Under the pieces are notes generated by a model that was given only the letters and a program-made list of their open reading frames with translations, had not been told where the DNA came from and made no database searches. Below, piece after piece: positions 39,762 to 50,181 of a stretch of 64,000 bases of DNA. The position numbers and the translations under genes were made by a program. Each line of letters opens with the position of its first letter. Position 1 is the stretch's first letter. The DNA lies in contig CAWIGG010000005.1 of the NCBI GenBank assembly GCA_963835575.1, forward strand, positions 288,001 to 352,000. The letters are read 5' to 3'. The DNA is from an uncultured Spirochaetota bacterium. Lineage in GTDB: Bacteria; Spirochaetota; Brevinematia; Brevinematales; JAOACQ01.

Positions 39762-40715
39762 ATGAGCCATTTCCTCTTCTGGCTGAATATGATATCCTTC
39801 ATCATGGGTTTTACCGCCGTTATTGTTGCTTTTTTCCTCTACCTGAAATGGAAACAAAAGCTGTTACTGTACTATCTCTTTTTTCTTCTCTCAATGACAT
39901 TCAGTGTTATCGGGAACGCCATATACATTTATTATTACTTTAATATTTCCTATAAGATTGATTTTATAGTGACCCCGACAACCGGAATATTAATAAACTG
40001 CCTTTTGATTTATACCGCTCCGCTGTTTTTCAGCCATCTTCTGGGAACGGGTTTTTCCAGAACAAAAAAAATGTTTTTCGGCAGTCTGTCCATTCTTCTT
40101 TTTTTATTCGCCGTATTGATTTTCTTATTTACTGAAAGCCTGTCAGCCTCGCAATGGTCTTTAATTTTGAACAAGTCGCGCCTGGGCGGTATTATTTCTC
40201 TTCTTATTCTTTCTTATTTCGCCTTTTATACGATATTTAATATCAAGAAGATTGACAACCCTTCCCTCCGGAAGACCGCCGCTTTTTTCATGATCCTTTA
40301 TTTCATATTCCTTCCCGGATTAATCACAGACGTTCTTTCTTCCCGCCTCTATTATTTTATTACCGATTTTCTTTCCCTGCCGGAAGGATTTAATTTTAAT
40401 ATCCTGTTTTATTTCTTCTGGAACATCTTCAGCCTTATTTTTGCGGGCAAATATCTTTTTCAGCAGCCAATAGCGCCTGGAGACGCGAAACTGGCCGGCA
40501 CGATTTTCAAGATGTTCGGCATATCGGAAAGGGAAGGCGAGGTTGCCCTTCTGCTCCTGAAGGGCTCCAGTTATAAAGAGATTGCCGAAAAGTTGTTTAT
40601 TTCAATTAAAACAGTCAAAACTCACCTGCATAACATCTATCAGGAAACAAATATGCGGAATAAAATCGAGCTGTCCAACCTCATCAGGCAGACAGAAAAA
40701 AACTTTTCAAGCTGA
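39762..40715 (+). CDS. Multi-TM membrane-bound LuxR-family regulator
   Basis: About 7 TMs then ISEREGEVALLLLKGSSYKEIAEKLFISIKTVKTHLHNIY. Confidence 0.9.
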   Translation: MSHFLFWLNMISFIMGFTAVIVAFFLYLKWKQKLLLYYLFFLLSMTFSVIGNAIYIYYYFNISYKIDFIVTPTTGILINCLLIYTAPLFFSHLLGTGFSRTKKMFFGSLSILLFLFAVLIFLFTESLSASQWSLILNKSRLGGIISLLILSYFAFYTIFNIKKIDNPSLRKTAAFFMILYFIFLPGLITDVLSSRLYYFITDFLSLPEGFNFNILFYFFWNIFSLIFAGKYLFQQPIAPGDAKLAGTIFKMFGISEREGEVALLLLKGSSYKEIAEKLFISIKTVKTHLHNIYQETNMRNKIELSNLIRQTEKNFSS

Positions 40716-40735
40716 AAATCTCTATACAGGGATTA

Positions 40736-40958
40736 CGAGAATAATTAAAAAAGTCATAATTTATTTCAAAGAGTATAAACTTTGCGGACTTTGCGGGCGA
40801 TAAAAATTCACGCAAAGGCGCAGAGCCCGCAAAGAACCGGAAAATTTGGGGTAATAAAAAAAGAAGATGAAATGTGAGGGAGAACGAAGACCGGCCATTA
40901 TTTTAAATCACATTTTTATTTAAAAACAAAATGATTATGACTTTTTCAGTAATTCCCG
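40736..40958. mobile_element. MITE-like element containing periodic repeats
   Basis: 25-bp IR with 21/25 matches (40736-40760 and 40934-40958); internal CTTTGCGGACTTTGCG..CGCAAAGGCGCAGAGCCCGCAAAG. Confidence 0.45.
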
Positions 40959-41105
40959 AGAAATTAATCCGATTTCCATTATATATTTTTTAAATTGTAC
41001 CTCATACTCTAAATTCATACAAAAGGTTGATTGATATTTGCTCTTGTTGAATTATAATATTCCTTAAATTATTAAGCGCAAGTATTTTTTTGTTAAGGTG
41101 ATAAT

Positions 41106-43064
41106 ATGCTTCAGGAAAAAAAATTAAATACGCGATGGCTCATTGTGTGTCTCTGCATAATGGCTGCCGGTATTGTTTATCTTATGACCGGTCTTGCCCG
41201 GGAAAGCCTCTGGTATGACGAGTCCTTTTCGGCCATGATAATCCGGCATACATTCGGCGATATCTGGAATATCGCGGCCACGGATTCCCATCCTCCTCTT
41301 TATTTTTTTTCGCTCAGACTTTTCAGCCTGATTTTCGGTAATTCCGTTTTCAGTCTCCGCTTTTTTTCTCTTCTGGGCACGGCCGCCATGGCTTCACTCG
41401 GCCTTGGCCCTGTGAGAAAAATATTCGGCAGGCAGACCGCGCTTATCTATATCCTTCTCGCTTTTTTTGTTCCCATCAGCCTGGCCATGTCGCAGGAAGT
41501 CCGGATGTATACATGGGCGGCTTTTTTTGTAACCGGTTCGGCGCTGTACGCTTTTTTATCCGTCTCCGAAAAAAGCAGGAAAAACCGGTTATTATTCACT
41601 CTTTTTTCCATATCAGCCGCTTATACCCACTATTACGCTTTGCTGGCTGTAATAATTATCAATGGGCTCATGCTTTTTTATTTAATATTAAGGGATAGAA
41701 AAAAACTCAAGCCGTATTTCATCTGCGCCGGTATTATGATCATTTCCTATCTTCCATGGGTCCTCGCTTTATTGGAGCAGGTTAAAAAGGTCGCAAATAG
41801 CTACTGGATAGAACCGCTCAATTTCAGGACTATTACCGATGTCCTGTTGTATCCTTTCGGGGATAAATTCCGTGTTTTCTGGGTGCCGAAATCATGGAGC
41901 GCTTTTTCTGATATACCGGCTTTTATAATCGCCTTCGGAATAATTATTTTCGGCCTTCAAAAGGCCTTGATCAGGAAACGGAATGAAGACAGAATGGCGT
42001 TATTGGCCTTTCTTGTTTACGCTTTAACAATCATCGGAGGCATTGCCGCTTCAGAATTTATAAGGCCTGTTTTGATAGGCCGCTATATGATGCCGGTCCT
42101 GGGAGTATTCCTTATTGCTTTATCTTCCTCCATCTGGAAGCTTCCAAAGCCTTATCTTAAATATACAAGCCTGATACTTCTTTTATTACTATTTATACCT
42201 CAAATTCTTTTTGTATCTTTGAACCGTTTTAACGGTCCGATGGACCTGGCTGCTTCTTATTTAAGAGATAATACAAAACCGGGAACTGTTTTTCTCCATA
42301 CGGACGAGCATACATTCGGGGTATTCTGCTTTTATCTGCCTGAAGCAAAGCATTTCCTCTACCTGGGCCCCGGATACCCTGGCTACAGCGGCTATAAGGC
42401 TTTCCAGCCCATGGGCAGCGCTTTCTCCAATAAAATGAACGGATTTATGAATGCCGGTACAAATTTCATACTTGTATACAGGCCCTATGCTCCGCAATCC
42501 CAGCTGACTGAATCATGGCTGGCATCGGGAAAATTAAAAATCATCGGTCCGGTAAAGGATTTCCGGTACCGTTATTCGTTTATGGGCATCACCCTTTTCC
42601 CGGCAGCCAGAACTCTTAAAGAAGTCGCTGAAGCAGAGTGGGGCATTCCTGATATGACAAACACTCTGGACAGGCATAACTTATCAGAAAAATCCGGCAT
42701 GATCAAAATAATCCTGAAAGGCTTTGAAGATAATTCCGGAACGGCAAGGGTTGTTCTTTACGAACAGGGAATAATCCTGCCTGGAAATCTATTCCAGTAT
42801 AAATACGCTGTTATTTCCAACAATACAGCTGAAGTTATATTTAAAGATGTTCCTTACGGGGAATATGCCGTTTTTGCTTTCCATGATAGAAACTTGAACG
42901 AAAGACCGGATTCTCTTTTCGGATTTTACACTGAAGAATCAGGGATATCCGGCAGCGGCACAAATGCATCAGATAAATTTGATTATGACAGGGCGGGATT
43001 TCCACTCTCATCAAACGAAGCGGATATAAACATCTTAATGCGGGCCTGGGCCAGAACGGAATAA
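41106..43064 (+). CDS. GT-C glycosyltransferase (GT39/PMT-2-like) fused to C-terminal DUF2141
   Basis: SLWYDE, DSHPPLY, SQEVRMY, YTHYY; FKDVPYGEYAVFAFHDRNLN..E.SGIS. Confidence 0.85.
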   Translation: MLQEKKLNTRWLIVCLCIMAAGIVYLMTGLARESLWYDESFSAMIIRHTFGDIWNIAATDSHPPLYFFSLRLFSLIFGNSVFSLRFFSLLGTAAMASLGLGPVRKIFGRQTALIYILLAFFVPISLAMSQEVRMYTWAAFFVTGSALYAFLSVSEKSRKNRLLFTLFSISAAYTHYYALLAVIIINGLMLFYLILRDRKKLKPYFICAGIMIISYLPWVLALLEQVKKVANSYWIEPLNFRTITDVLLYPFGDKFRVFWVPKSWSAFSDIPAFIIAFGIIIFGLQKALIRKRNEDRMALLAFLVYALTIIGGIAASEFIRPVLIGRYMMPVLGVFLIALSSSIWKLPKPYLKYTSLILLLLLFIPQILFVSLNRFNGPMDLAASYLRDNTKPGTVFLHTDEHTFGVFCFYLPEAKHFLYLGPGYPGYSGYKAFQPMGSAFSNKMNGFMNAGTNFILVYRPYAPQSQLTESWLASGKLKIIGPVKDFRYRYSFMGITLFPAARTLKEVAEAEWGIPDMTNTLDRHNLSEKSGMIKIILKGFEDNSGTARVVLYEQGIILPGNLFQYKYAVISNNTAEVIFKDVPYGEYAVFAFHDRNLNERPDSLFGFYTEESGISGSGTNASDKFDYDRAGFPLSSNEADINILMRAWARTE

Positions 43065-43078
43065 AAAGGAGGAAAAGG

Positions 43079-44011
43079 ATGTCATCGTCCGGCGTTTTGA
43101 CCGAAAAAAAGAAGAAATTTGACTGGAACCATTTTCAGAGAAAAGCGGCCCCATATTTTTTTATTTCACCGTTTTATATAGCTTTTCTGGTGTTTAACGC
43201 CTTTCCGATCCTCTTTTCCCTGTTTCTCAGCTTTCAGAGATGGAACGGCGGAAGGCCATGGCAGTTTGCGGGGTTCAGCAACTTTATCTATATTTTCCGC
43301 GACATGAATTTCTGGAACTCGCTATGGTTCACCTTCACGATTTTGATTTTTACAATAGTGCCCCTTCACTGCCTTTCCATTTTCTTCGCTTTTTTGCTCA
43401 ACTCCGCGTTCGTTAAATTCAAGAGTTTTTTTAAATCCCTTTTCTTCCTTCCATATATTACTTCTTCAGTTGCCATAGCCGTTGTTTTCTGGCTTCTCTA
43501 TGCCCCGCAGGGCATACTCAATTATATCATCGCTCATTATCTTACTTTTCTTGTGGATATTTTCAAGCTTAAAATGCCTCTTCCATGGCTGAATCAATTA
43601 TTTCTTGTTTCGCTCAGCATCATCATGGTCTGGAGACTGATCGGCTGGAATACAATTCTTTACTTTGCCGGCCTCCAGGGCATCCCCAAAAGCCTGTATG
43701 AGGCGGCGCGGGTTGACGGGGCTTCCTGGCCCCAGATCTTCTTCCGCGTCACATTACCGCTTTTGAGGCCGATGATCTATTTTGCCGTCACAATGTCCGT
43801 CATTACATTGATGCAGCTCTTTGATGAACCGGCCGTCCTTGTCGGCACGAATAATCTCCCTTATGTTCCCGCGCTGACGGTTGTCATTTATCTCTATAAT
43901 CAGGCTTTCAGCCAGATGAATTTCGGCATCGCGGCGGCGACATCTTATTTTCTGTTTATTGTCATTTTCCTGCTTTCACGAATCCTGAGATTCATTTTCA
44001 AAGAGAAATAG
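43079..44011 (+). CDS. Carbohydrate ABC permease (MalF-like)
   Basis: AGLQGIPKSLYEAARVDGAS EAA motif. Confidence 0.95.
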   Translation: MSSSGVLTEKKKKFDWNHFQRKAAPYFFISPFYIAFLVFNAFPILFSLFLSFQRWNGGRPWQFAGFSNFIYIFRDMNFWNSLWFTFTILIFTIVPLHCLSIFFAFLLNSAFVKFKSFFKSLFFLPYITSSVAIAVVFWLLYAPQGILNYIIAHYLTFLVDIFKLKMPLPWLNQLFLVSLSIIMVWRLIGWNTILYFAGLQGIPKSLYEAARVDGASWPQIFFRVTLPLLRPMIYFAVTMSVITLMQLFDEPAVLVGTNNLPYVPALTVVIYLYNQAFSQMNFGIAAATSYFLFIVIFLLSRILRFIFKEK

Positions 44012-44021
44012 GAGGCCCATT

Positions 44022-44906
44022 ATGGAACAGATTAAGAAAAAAGATAAAAAAAGCATTTTAATCTTCAAAGCCGTATTAAATGTTATTAAAAATATACTGG
44101 TAAAAACAGGAATATATCTGCCTCTCATCATACTTGCGGTTATTACGCTTTTTCCGTTTGTCTATATGTTCATCGCCGCCACAAAAAACACACACCAGAT
44201 CGCTTTTCATGCGGACAATCTTCTTCTTGGAAAAGACTGGGTTGATAACATTAAGATCAATTATTTGTCGCTCATTTATTCGGCGCCTTTCTGGCAGAGC
44301 ATTATCAACAGCCTTTATATCGCGGTTATGAGCACTATTATGACGCTTCTGGCGGCTTCGCTTGGCGGATTCGGTTTTTCAGTTTATGAATTCAAAGGAA
44401 AAGATATTCTTTTTAATATGATGCTGATTACCCTGATGATCCCTTTAACTGTCAGCGTCATACCGCTTTTTGCCATGATGAAAACCTTCGGATGGTTCAG
44501 CAAGGCCCGCGCTCTTTACCTGCCGGCGCTGGCAAGCGCCTATGGAGTTTTTATGGTGCGAAAGTATCTTGAAAGTTCCATGCCGCGCGACTTGATCGAC
44601 GCGGCCCGTATTGACGGATGTTCCGAGTTTAAAATCTATAGAAGCGTCATTCTGCCCCTGATTACACCTATTCTGGGCGCACTCGGCATCATTACATTCC
44701 TGACCAGCTGGGGCGCCTATTTCCTTCCCATGCTCCTGATGCGGGACGCATCGTCATGGACCGTGCCGATCCTGCTGACGCGGGTCCAGCCTTCTTCAAG
44801 CGCCCTGGCCAGCGTAATTACAACCTTTCCCTTCTGCATTGTCTTTTTGATCCTGTCAAGATGGATCATATCCGGGATCACCGACGGCTCAATCAGGGAT
44901 TTCTGA
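44022..44906 (+). CDS. Carbohydrate ABC permease (MalG-like)
   Basis: MPRDLIDAARIDGCSEF EAA motif. Confidence 0.95.
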   Translation: MEQIKKKDKKSILIFKAVLNVIKNILVKTGIYLPLIILAVITLFPFVYMFIAATKNTHQIAFHADNLLLGKDWVDNIKINYLSLIYSAPFWQSIINSLYIAVMSTIMTLLAASLGGFGFSVYEFKGKDILFNMMLITLMIPLTVSVIPLFAMMKTFGWFSKARALYLPALASAYGVFMVRKYLESSMPRDLIDAARIDGCSEFKIYRSVILPLITPILGALGIITFLTSWGAYFLPMLLMRDASSWTVPILLTRVQPSSSALASVITTFPFCIVFLILSRWIISGITDGSIRDF

Positions 44907-44972
44907 ATAGGAGATGTTAAAAAGTCTATAAATAAACACTGAGGTCATTGAGAAAACTGGGGAAACGGCTAA

Positions 44973-45277
44973 CCCGCTAATACACGCTAATGAACGCGAA
45001 TCGGGTTGAAGGAGTATGAATTGATTGGATTTAACCACCAAGTCGCCAAGGGCGCGAAGAATCACGAATTGCGAGGTTTATTTTTGGGTGTTTGAATACG
45101 GTGCTCTATTATTTTGTAAACTAGCAATAAATATAAAAGTATACCATAAGTAAAATTATGGAAAGTATGGTAAAATAATGAATATGAATCGGAGAAAAGG
45201 GAAATGAATTTGTATTGATGGAAAGAAAAAATAATTAAATTAATAATCATTAGCGTTGATTCGCGTGCATTCGCGGG
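44973..45277. repeat. Inverted pair of 10-nt-periodic repeats bracketing AT-rich DNA
   Basis: 44973-45001 matches the reverse complement of 45249-45277 at 24/29. Confidence 0.65.
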
Positions 45278-45331
45278 AGACCCCTGATAGTTTTTGAATG
45301 GTGCTTTTTTAAATAAAAAAGGAGATGAATA

Positions 45332-47167
45332 ATGATTCTTAGCATATTGTCAATTTTCAAAAATAAAAATATTTTCTTTTTGTTTTTTTTCATACTTTTT
45401 CTATTTCAAACACAGGGTTTCTGCTGGAAATCCATTGATGAAAGAGTTGAGGAACTCTTATCCCGGATGACACTGGATGAAAAGATCGGCCAGATGACCC
45501 TGGTTGAAAAAGGGTATCTTCCGAGTATTAACGATATCAAGAATTATAATCTGGGCGCGCTCCTTTCAGGGGGCGACTCCAGACCGGAAACAAACACGCC
45601 GAAGGATTGGATGGATATGATCGACTCCTTCCAGAGGATCGCTCTACAGACGCGTTTAAAAATACCGATCCTCTACGGTCTTGATTCCGTGCATGGGAAC
45701 AGCAAGTCAACCGGAACAGTGATATTTCCCCATAATATCGGGATGGGCTGCACCCGCGACCCGGCCCTGGTTGAAGAAATGGCCCGCGTCACAGCCGTTG
45801 AAACCTATGCCTGCGGGGCCAACTGGGTCTTTGCACCCTGCATCGCCGTCTCGAGGAATGAGCGCTGGGGCAGGTCTTATGAAAGCTACTCGGAAGACCC
45901 GGAGATTGTGAGCATGATGGGCGAAGCGTCAGTCAAAGGACTGCAGAATTATCTCCTTGATAAAAATTTTCATATTATCGCAAGCGCCAAGCATTATGCC
46001 GGCGACGGCGGCACAGGCGATACTCTCTGGCAGAATATGTGGGGCATTGACCGCGGCAATACGGCCGTGTCTGAGAAAATACTGAGGGAGATCCATTTAA
46101 AGCCGTATCTCAACGCAATTAAGGCCGGCGTCAAGTGCGTTATGGTATCTTTTTCAAGCTGGAACGGGAAAAAAATGCATGAAAACCGTTATCTCATCAC
46201 CGATGTCCTCAAGGGAGAGCTTCAGTTCAAAGGCTTTGTCTCATCCGACTGGGGAGCGATTCAGCTTCTTCCCGGCGATTATCCGCACCAGGTGGCAGCC
46301 GCGATTAACGCCGGCATTGATATGGTCATGGTACCCGGCAGTTACCAATGGTTTACCTACGTTTTAAAACAGCTTGTCGGAAACTGGTATGTGCCCATGT
46401 CCAGAATAGATGATGCCGTTCGGAGAATACTCCGGGTCAAATTCGAAATGGGCCTTTTCGAACACCCGTTTGCCGACAGATCTTTTCTGGGCCGGACGGG
46501 AATAAAGGAACACAGGGAAACAGCGCGGCGCTGCGTCAGGGAGTCTTTAGTCCTGTTGAAAAATAAAAACAGCCTTCTGCCTCTGCCTAAAAAAATAAAA
46601 AAGCTCTTCGTCTGCGGAAAGAGTTCCGATAATCTCGGCTTCCAGTGCGGCGGATGGACTTTAAACTGGATGGGCTTTGACGGGAACAAGTCCACAACCG
46701 GTACGACCATCCTCCAGGCCCTTCAGAAATCCGTTTCGCCTCAGACCGAAGTGATATATTCCATGGACGGACGCGGCCTTGACGACTCAGGCGCTGATGC
46801 CGCTATTGTTGTCCTGGGAGAAACGCCTTATGCCGAATTTATGGGAGACCGCTATGACCTGTCTCTTTCCGAAGGGGATTATGATTTAATAAACCTGATT
46901 AAAACTTCCAGAATACCGAAAATCCTGATCCTTATTTCAGGCCGTCCGCTGATCATAACGGATGTTGTCAATGATTTTGACGCCATTTTAGCCGCCTGGC
47001 TTCCCGGCACAGAGGGTGAAGGCATAACCGACATTCTTTTCGGCGATTTTAAACCGGCAGGCAAACTTTCTTTTACATGGCCGAAGAATATGGCGCAGGT
47101 TCCGATCAATACCGGGGATAAAAACTACGACCCGCTCTATCCGTTCGGATACGGATTAACTTATTGA
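45332..47167 (+). CDS. GH3 beta-glucosidase / exo-glucanase, exported
   Basis: MTLDEKIGQM, DSVHG, RWGRSYE, AKHYAGDG, FVSSDW, GETPYAE, YPFGYGL. Confidence 0.95.
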   Translation: MILSILSIFKNKNIFFLFFFILFLFQTQGFCWKSIDERVEELLSRMTLDEKIGQMTLVEKGYLPSINDIKNYNLGALLSGGDSRPETNTPKDWMDMIDSFQRIALQTRLKIPILYGLDSVHGNSKSTGTVIFPHNIGMGCTRDPALVEEMARVTAVETYACGANWVFAPCIAVSRNERWGRSYESYSEDPEIVSMMGEASVKGLQNYLLDKNFHIIASAKHYAGDGGTGDTLWQNMWGIDRGNTAVSEKILREIHLKPYLNAIKAGVKCVMVSFSSWNGKKMHENRYLITDVLKGELQFKGFVSSDWGAIQLLPGDYPHQVAAAINAGIDMVMVPGSYQWFTYVLKQLVGNWYVPMSRIDDAVRRILRVKFEMGLFEHPFADRSFLGRTGIKEHRETARRCVRESLVLLKNKNSLLPLPKKIKKLFVCGKSSDNLGFQCGGWTLNWMGFDGNKSTTGTTILQALQKSVSPQTEVIYSMDGRGLDDSGADAAIVVLGETPYAEFMGDRYDLSLSEGDYDLINLIKTSRIPKILILISGRPLIITDVVNDFDAILAAWLPGTEGEGITDILFGDFKPAGKLSFTWPKNMAQVPINTGDKNYDPLYPFGYGLTY

Positions 47168-47179
47168 CCAGTCTTATAA

Positions 47180-47217
47180 AAAAAGAAGAGACGCCGTTTA
47201 CAGCGTCTCTTCTTTTT
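47180..47217. terminator. Bidirectional intrinsic terminator
   Basis: AAAAAGAAGAGACGC-loop-GCGTCTCTTCTTTTT between convergent genes. Confidence 0.85.
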
Positions 47218-47219
47218 AT

Positions 47220-47978
47220 CTATTCGCCGCCTTCCGTGACGACGACAATATCAACCCTTCTATTAAACGCCCTGCTTTCAGGGTCCCTATTGGGTTCAAG
47301 CGGCCTGACGTCGCCGTAGGAGACGGAATAAATCCTCTTCGGATCAACACCGCCTGACACAAGAAATTTTAAAACATTAATGGCTCTTTGCGACGCCAGT
47401 TCCCAATTAGAGGGATATTTCAAAGGCAATTTTGTCACAGGAGTTTCAGGATTTATCTGGACATCATCCGCATTTCCCTCTACCCTTATTTTATTGCTCA
47501 ATTCCCGTAAAGCAGGATATATTTTTTCAAGGACCTCTTTGCCCTCATTCATAAGATCAGCTGACCCCGAATCAAAATAAACGTCTGATGCAAGCGTAAT
47601 AACCAGACCCCTTTCCTCAAGCGTTACTCTGACTTTTCTCGCATTAACGAGCGGACGCAGGGCCGAAATGGTTTTTTCAAAGCTGAGCGCCTGCTGATAA
47701 GCCCTTTTACTGGAAAGAGGATACTTTCCCGAATACGGCTGGTTTTCCCTGGTGATATTTTCAAATGACGCGCTCTCTTCCGTTACAATCCCCGGTTTTC
47801 CTCCGCCGAACACGGTACCCAGGGACTCCATAACCTGCTCGAATTTTTTGACCGCGACGGTGCTGATGGCGTACATGACAATAAAAAACAGGAGCAAAAG
47901 CGTGATCATATCGGCATATGTCAAAAGCCATCGTTCCAGATTACCCGCATGATCTTGAAATCTTCTTCTATCGGCCAT
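47220..47978 (-). CDS. motB: Flagellar stator protein MotB
   Basis: WLLTYADMITLLLLFFIVMYA, SNWELASQRA, NRRVDI. Confidence 0.95.
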   Translation of the reverse strand: MADRRRFQDHAGNLERWLLTYADMITLLLLFFIVMYAISTVAVKKFEQVMESLGTVFGGGKPGIVTEESASFENITRENQPYSGKYPLSSKRAYQQALSFEKTISALRPLVNARKVRVTLEERGLVITLASDVYFDSGSADLMNEGKEVLEKIYPALRELSNKIRVEGNADDVQINPETPVTKLPLKYPSNWELASQRAINVLKFLVSGGVDPKRIYSVSYGDVRPLEPNRDPESRAFNRRVDIVVVTEGGE

Positions 47979-48020
47979 TTCATTCCTCTTTAAATATTAT
48001 AAGTTTTGAGTTTTTCTCAT

Positions 48021-48839
48021 CTATTGAGCCGACGGACTTTCAAGCTGCTTCAGTTTTTGTTTTTCCTTTTCATTCAGGAAATCTTCCAGCTTGTCTTTCA
48101 TAATACTGGGGTTTTCACCCTGCTGTATGGAAATCATAGCCTCAAGCACCAATTCCTTCTGAAGCTTGGTTTTTGCAAGGTTTAACTTTATTTTATTGCC
48201 AAGCGGAAGCCAGAACAAATTCGCCAGGCTGATACCCCAGAGGGTTGCCGTAAAAGCAAGCGCTATGGCGGGGCCCAGTGCTTCCGGCGAAGATAGACGG
48301 CCTAACACATTCACCAGCCCCAGCACTGTACCGATGATTCCCATCGTCGGCGAGTAACCTCCCGCCTGCTCAAATATGTTCGCTTCATGCCTTCTTTTTA
48401 ATTCATAAAGATAAATGTCGTTGCTGATCGTATGCTTGACTACTTCCGGGTCAGTGCCGTCTATGATCAATTTCATTCCTTTATACATAAGCGGATCAAT
48501 ATTCATTAAATCCTCGATATCATTTTCAAGGCTCAGGATCCCTTCCCTCCTGGATTTTTCCGAGAAAGTGATGAACATTTCCAGCAAATCCTTTGTAGGG
48601 ACCGTTTTTTCCCTCATGCATATTACTATTAGACGCGGTATATTAAAAATATCTTCCAATTTAAAGGATACCATTGTAGCGGCTATTGTTCCGCCGACTA
48701 CAATCATAAAAGGCGTCGGGCTTCCTACAAGGGACAATACATTTCCGCCTTCTATAATAAATGCCAATACGATCAAAGCAAACCCAAGCGGTAAACCAAT
48801 GATCGTTGACATATCCTGGCCTTTTCTACCAATTCCCAC
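48021..48839 (-). CDS. motA: Flagellar stator protein MotA
   Basis: SRREGILSLE, PTMGIIGTVLGL, AFTATLWG, GENP; GTG start with AGGAGG. Confidence 0.95.
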   Translation of the reverse strand: MGIGRKGQDMSTIIGLPLGFALIVLAFIIEGGNVLSLVGSPTPFMIVVGGTIAATMVSFKLEDIFNIPRLIVICMREKTVPTKDLLEMFITFSEKSRREGILSLENDIEDLMNIDPLMYKGMKLIIDGTDPEVVKHTISNDIYLYELKRRHEANIFEQAGGYSPTMGIIGTVLGLVNVLGRLSSPEALGPAIALAFTATLWGISLANLFWLPLGNKIKLNLAKTKLQKELVLEAMISIQQGENPSIMKDKLEDFLNEKEKQKLKQLESPSAQ

Positions 48840-48913
48840 TTGCTCCCTCCTGAAAAATCATTCTCAATAACATTTTCTCTATTAATTTTATTGGATGATA
48901 ATCTTTTTTTATA

Positions 48914-48940
48914 TTATCGGTTAGAGAAGAAAAAAATAAA
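48914..48940 (-). promoter_or_regulatory. Sigma28-like promoter of motAB
   Basis: TTTA-N15-ACCGATAA on minus strand. Confidence 0.5.
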
Positions 48941-49380
48941 GAAATTTAACCATTTATATATTTTAACTATTTATAGGCCTCAGGTGATCTCTGTAAAGAT
49001 ACTGGATTGATAATATGACTGATAATCAACGGCAACCATAACCGCTTAATTTAGAAATAAATTCTACCTGTCATGATCAACTTGGACATATTTAACCTGA
49101 ATTTTTATTGTTTTTATCAGGATATTTCGTTATAATTTCTCTGGTTTGTTCTTATTATAAGTTTGTAAAAGATTATCATAAGCTCAGGCAAGTTTATTTT
49201 TAAAAGAGTTGTTTTTAGGGCATGTTGGCATATTATTTGCTTTATATAATTAAAGTTTTATAAAATTATGGTATATTTATCATATTAGTCTTGGCACTGG
49301 AACCCTTCGTCAGGCGCAGGGCAAGCCGTTTTACCAGGTAAAACGCACGCTGTGACAATATAAAATAACAAGGAAATATT

Positions 49381-49464
49381 ATGACAGGAGTTTTCGCGAT
49401 TGTTATAATAGTCATGTTACCTCCCACGTTTCTCCGAAATGTGAGCGGTAACGTCGTTTTGTAA
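49381..49464 (+). CDS. Candidate 27-aa leader peptide
   Basis: MTGVFAIVIIVMLPPTFLRNVSGNVVL with AAGGA RBS, followed by a 19-bp stem (49483-49539) ahead of exbB. Confidence 0.4.
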   Translation: MTGVFAIVIIVMLPPTFLRNVSGNVVL

Positions 49465-49550
49465 TACAAAGGAAAAATAAACAGCCCCTCACCATTTTGT
49501 CTGGCTCGCCTGAGCAGGCTGACAAAATGGTGAGGGGTTAGGAGGAATAA

Positions 49551-50177
49551 ATGTTTGTCGGAAAATCAATATGGGATATTCTTCAGATGGGCGGTTTCAC
49601 GATGCTTGTTCTTTTGTTCTGCTCAATTACTTCGCTGGCCGTGATTCTTGAAAGGGTATTTCATTTCAGAAGCAAGAGTAAAATTAAAAGACCGGAATTC
49701 ATGGGAAAAATAAGGAACTATCTGGAGAACAACAGCATACAGGGGGCAATCGCCTATTCAGGCACCATTTCGGCTCCCTTTGCAAAGGTTGTCCAATCGG
49801 GCCTTTTATTGTCCCACCAGGGCGAAACTAAAATGTCCAATGCGATGGAGAGGCAGATCAGCATTGAGGTTAAGGAATTGGAAAGATTCACCAGCATCCT
49901 GGGTTCCATCGGAAGCACCGTTGTTTACATCGGCCTCTTCGGAACAGTCATAGGGATCATACGCGCTTTTCAGGATATAGCCCTTTCGGCGGGCAGCGGG
50001 ACAGGCATCAGCGGCGTTGTTACAGGCATTGCGGAAGCCCTTATAACCACAGCCACAGGTATTTCAGTAGCCGTACCCACTGTTATCGCTTATAACTTCA
50101 TTCTGAAAAAAATCGAGAATATAACAACCGATATGGAGCTTTGCGCGTCTGAAATCATAGATTTATTAAGGAAATAA
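49551..50177 (+). CDS. exbB: ExbB/TolQ proton-channel protein
   Basis: LGSIGSTVVYIGLFGTVIGII.AF, GIAEALITTATG..VAVP. Confidence 0.9.
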   Translation: MFVGKSIWDILQMGGFTMLVLLFCSITSLAVILERVFHFRSKSKIKRPEFMGKIRNYLENNSIQGAIAYSGTISAPFAKVVQSGLLLSHQGETKMSNAMERQISIEVKELERFTSILGSIGSTVVYIGLFGTVIGIIRAFQDIALSAGSGTGISGVVTGIAEALITTATGISVAVPTVIAYNFILKKIENITTDMELCASEIIDLLRK

Positions 50178-50181
50178 AAAT

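Noticed and set aside
49290..49470. Cobalamin or TPP riboswitch upstream of exbBD-tonB
   Set aside because: No B12-box or TPP core motif seen; the 5' part is a REP-like unit
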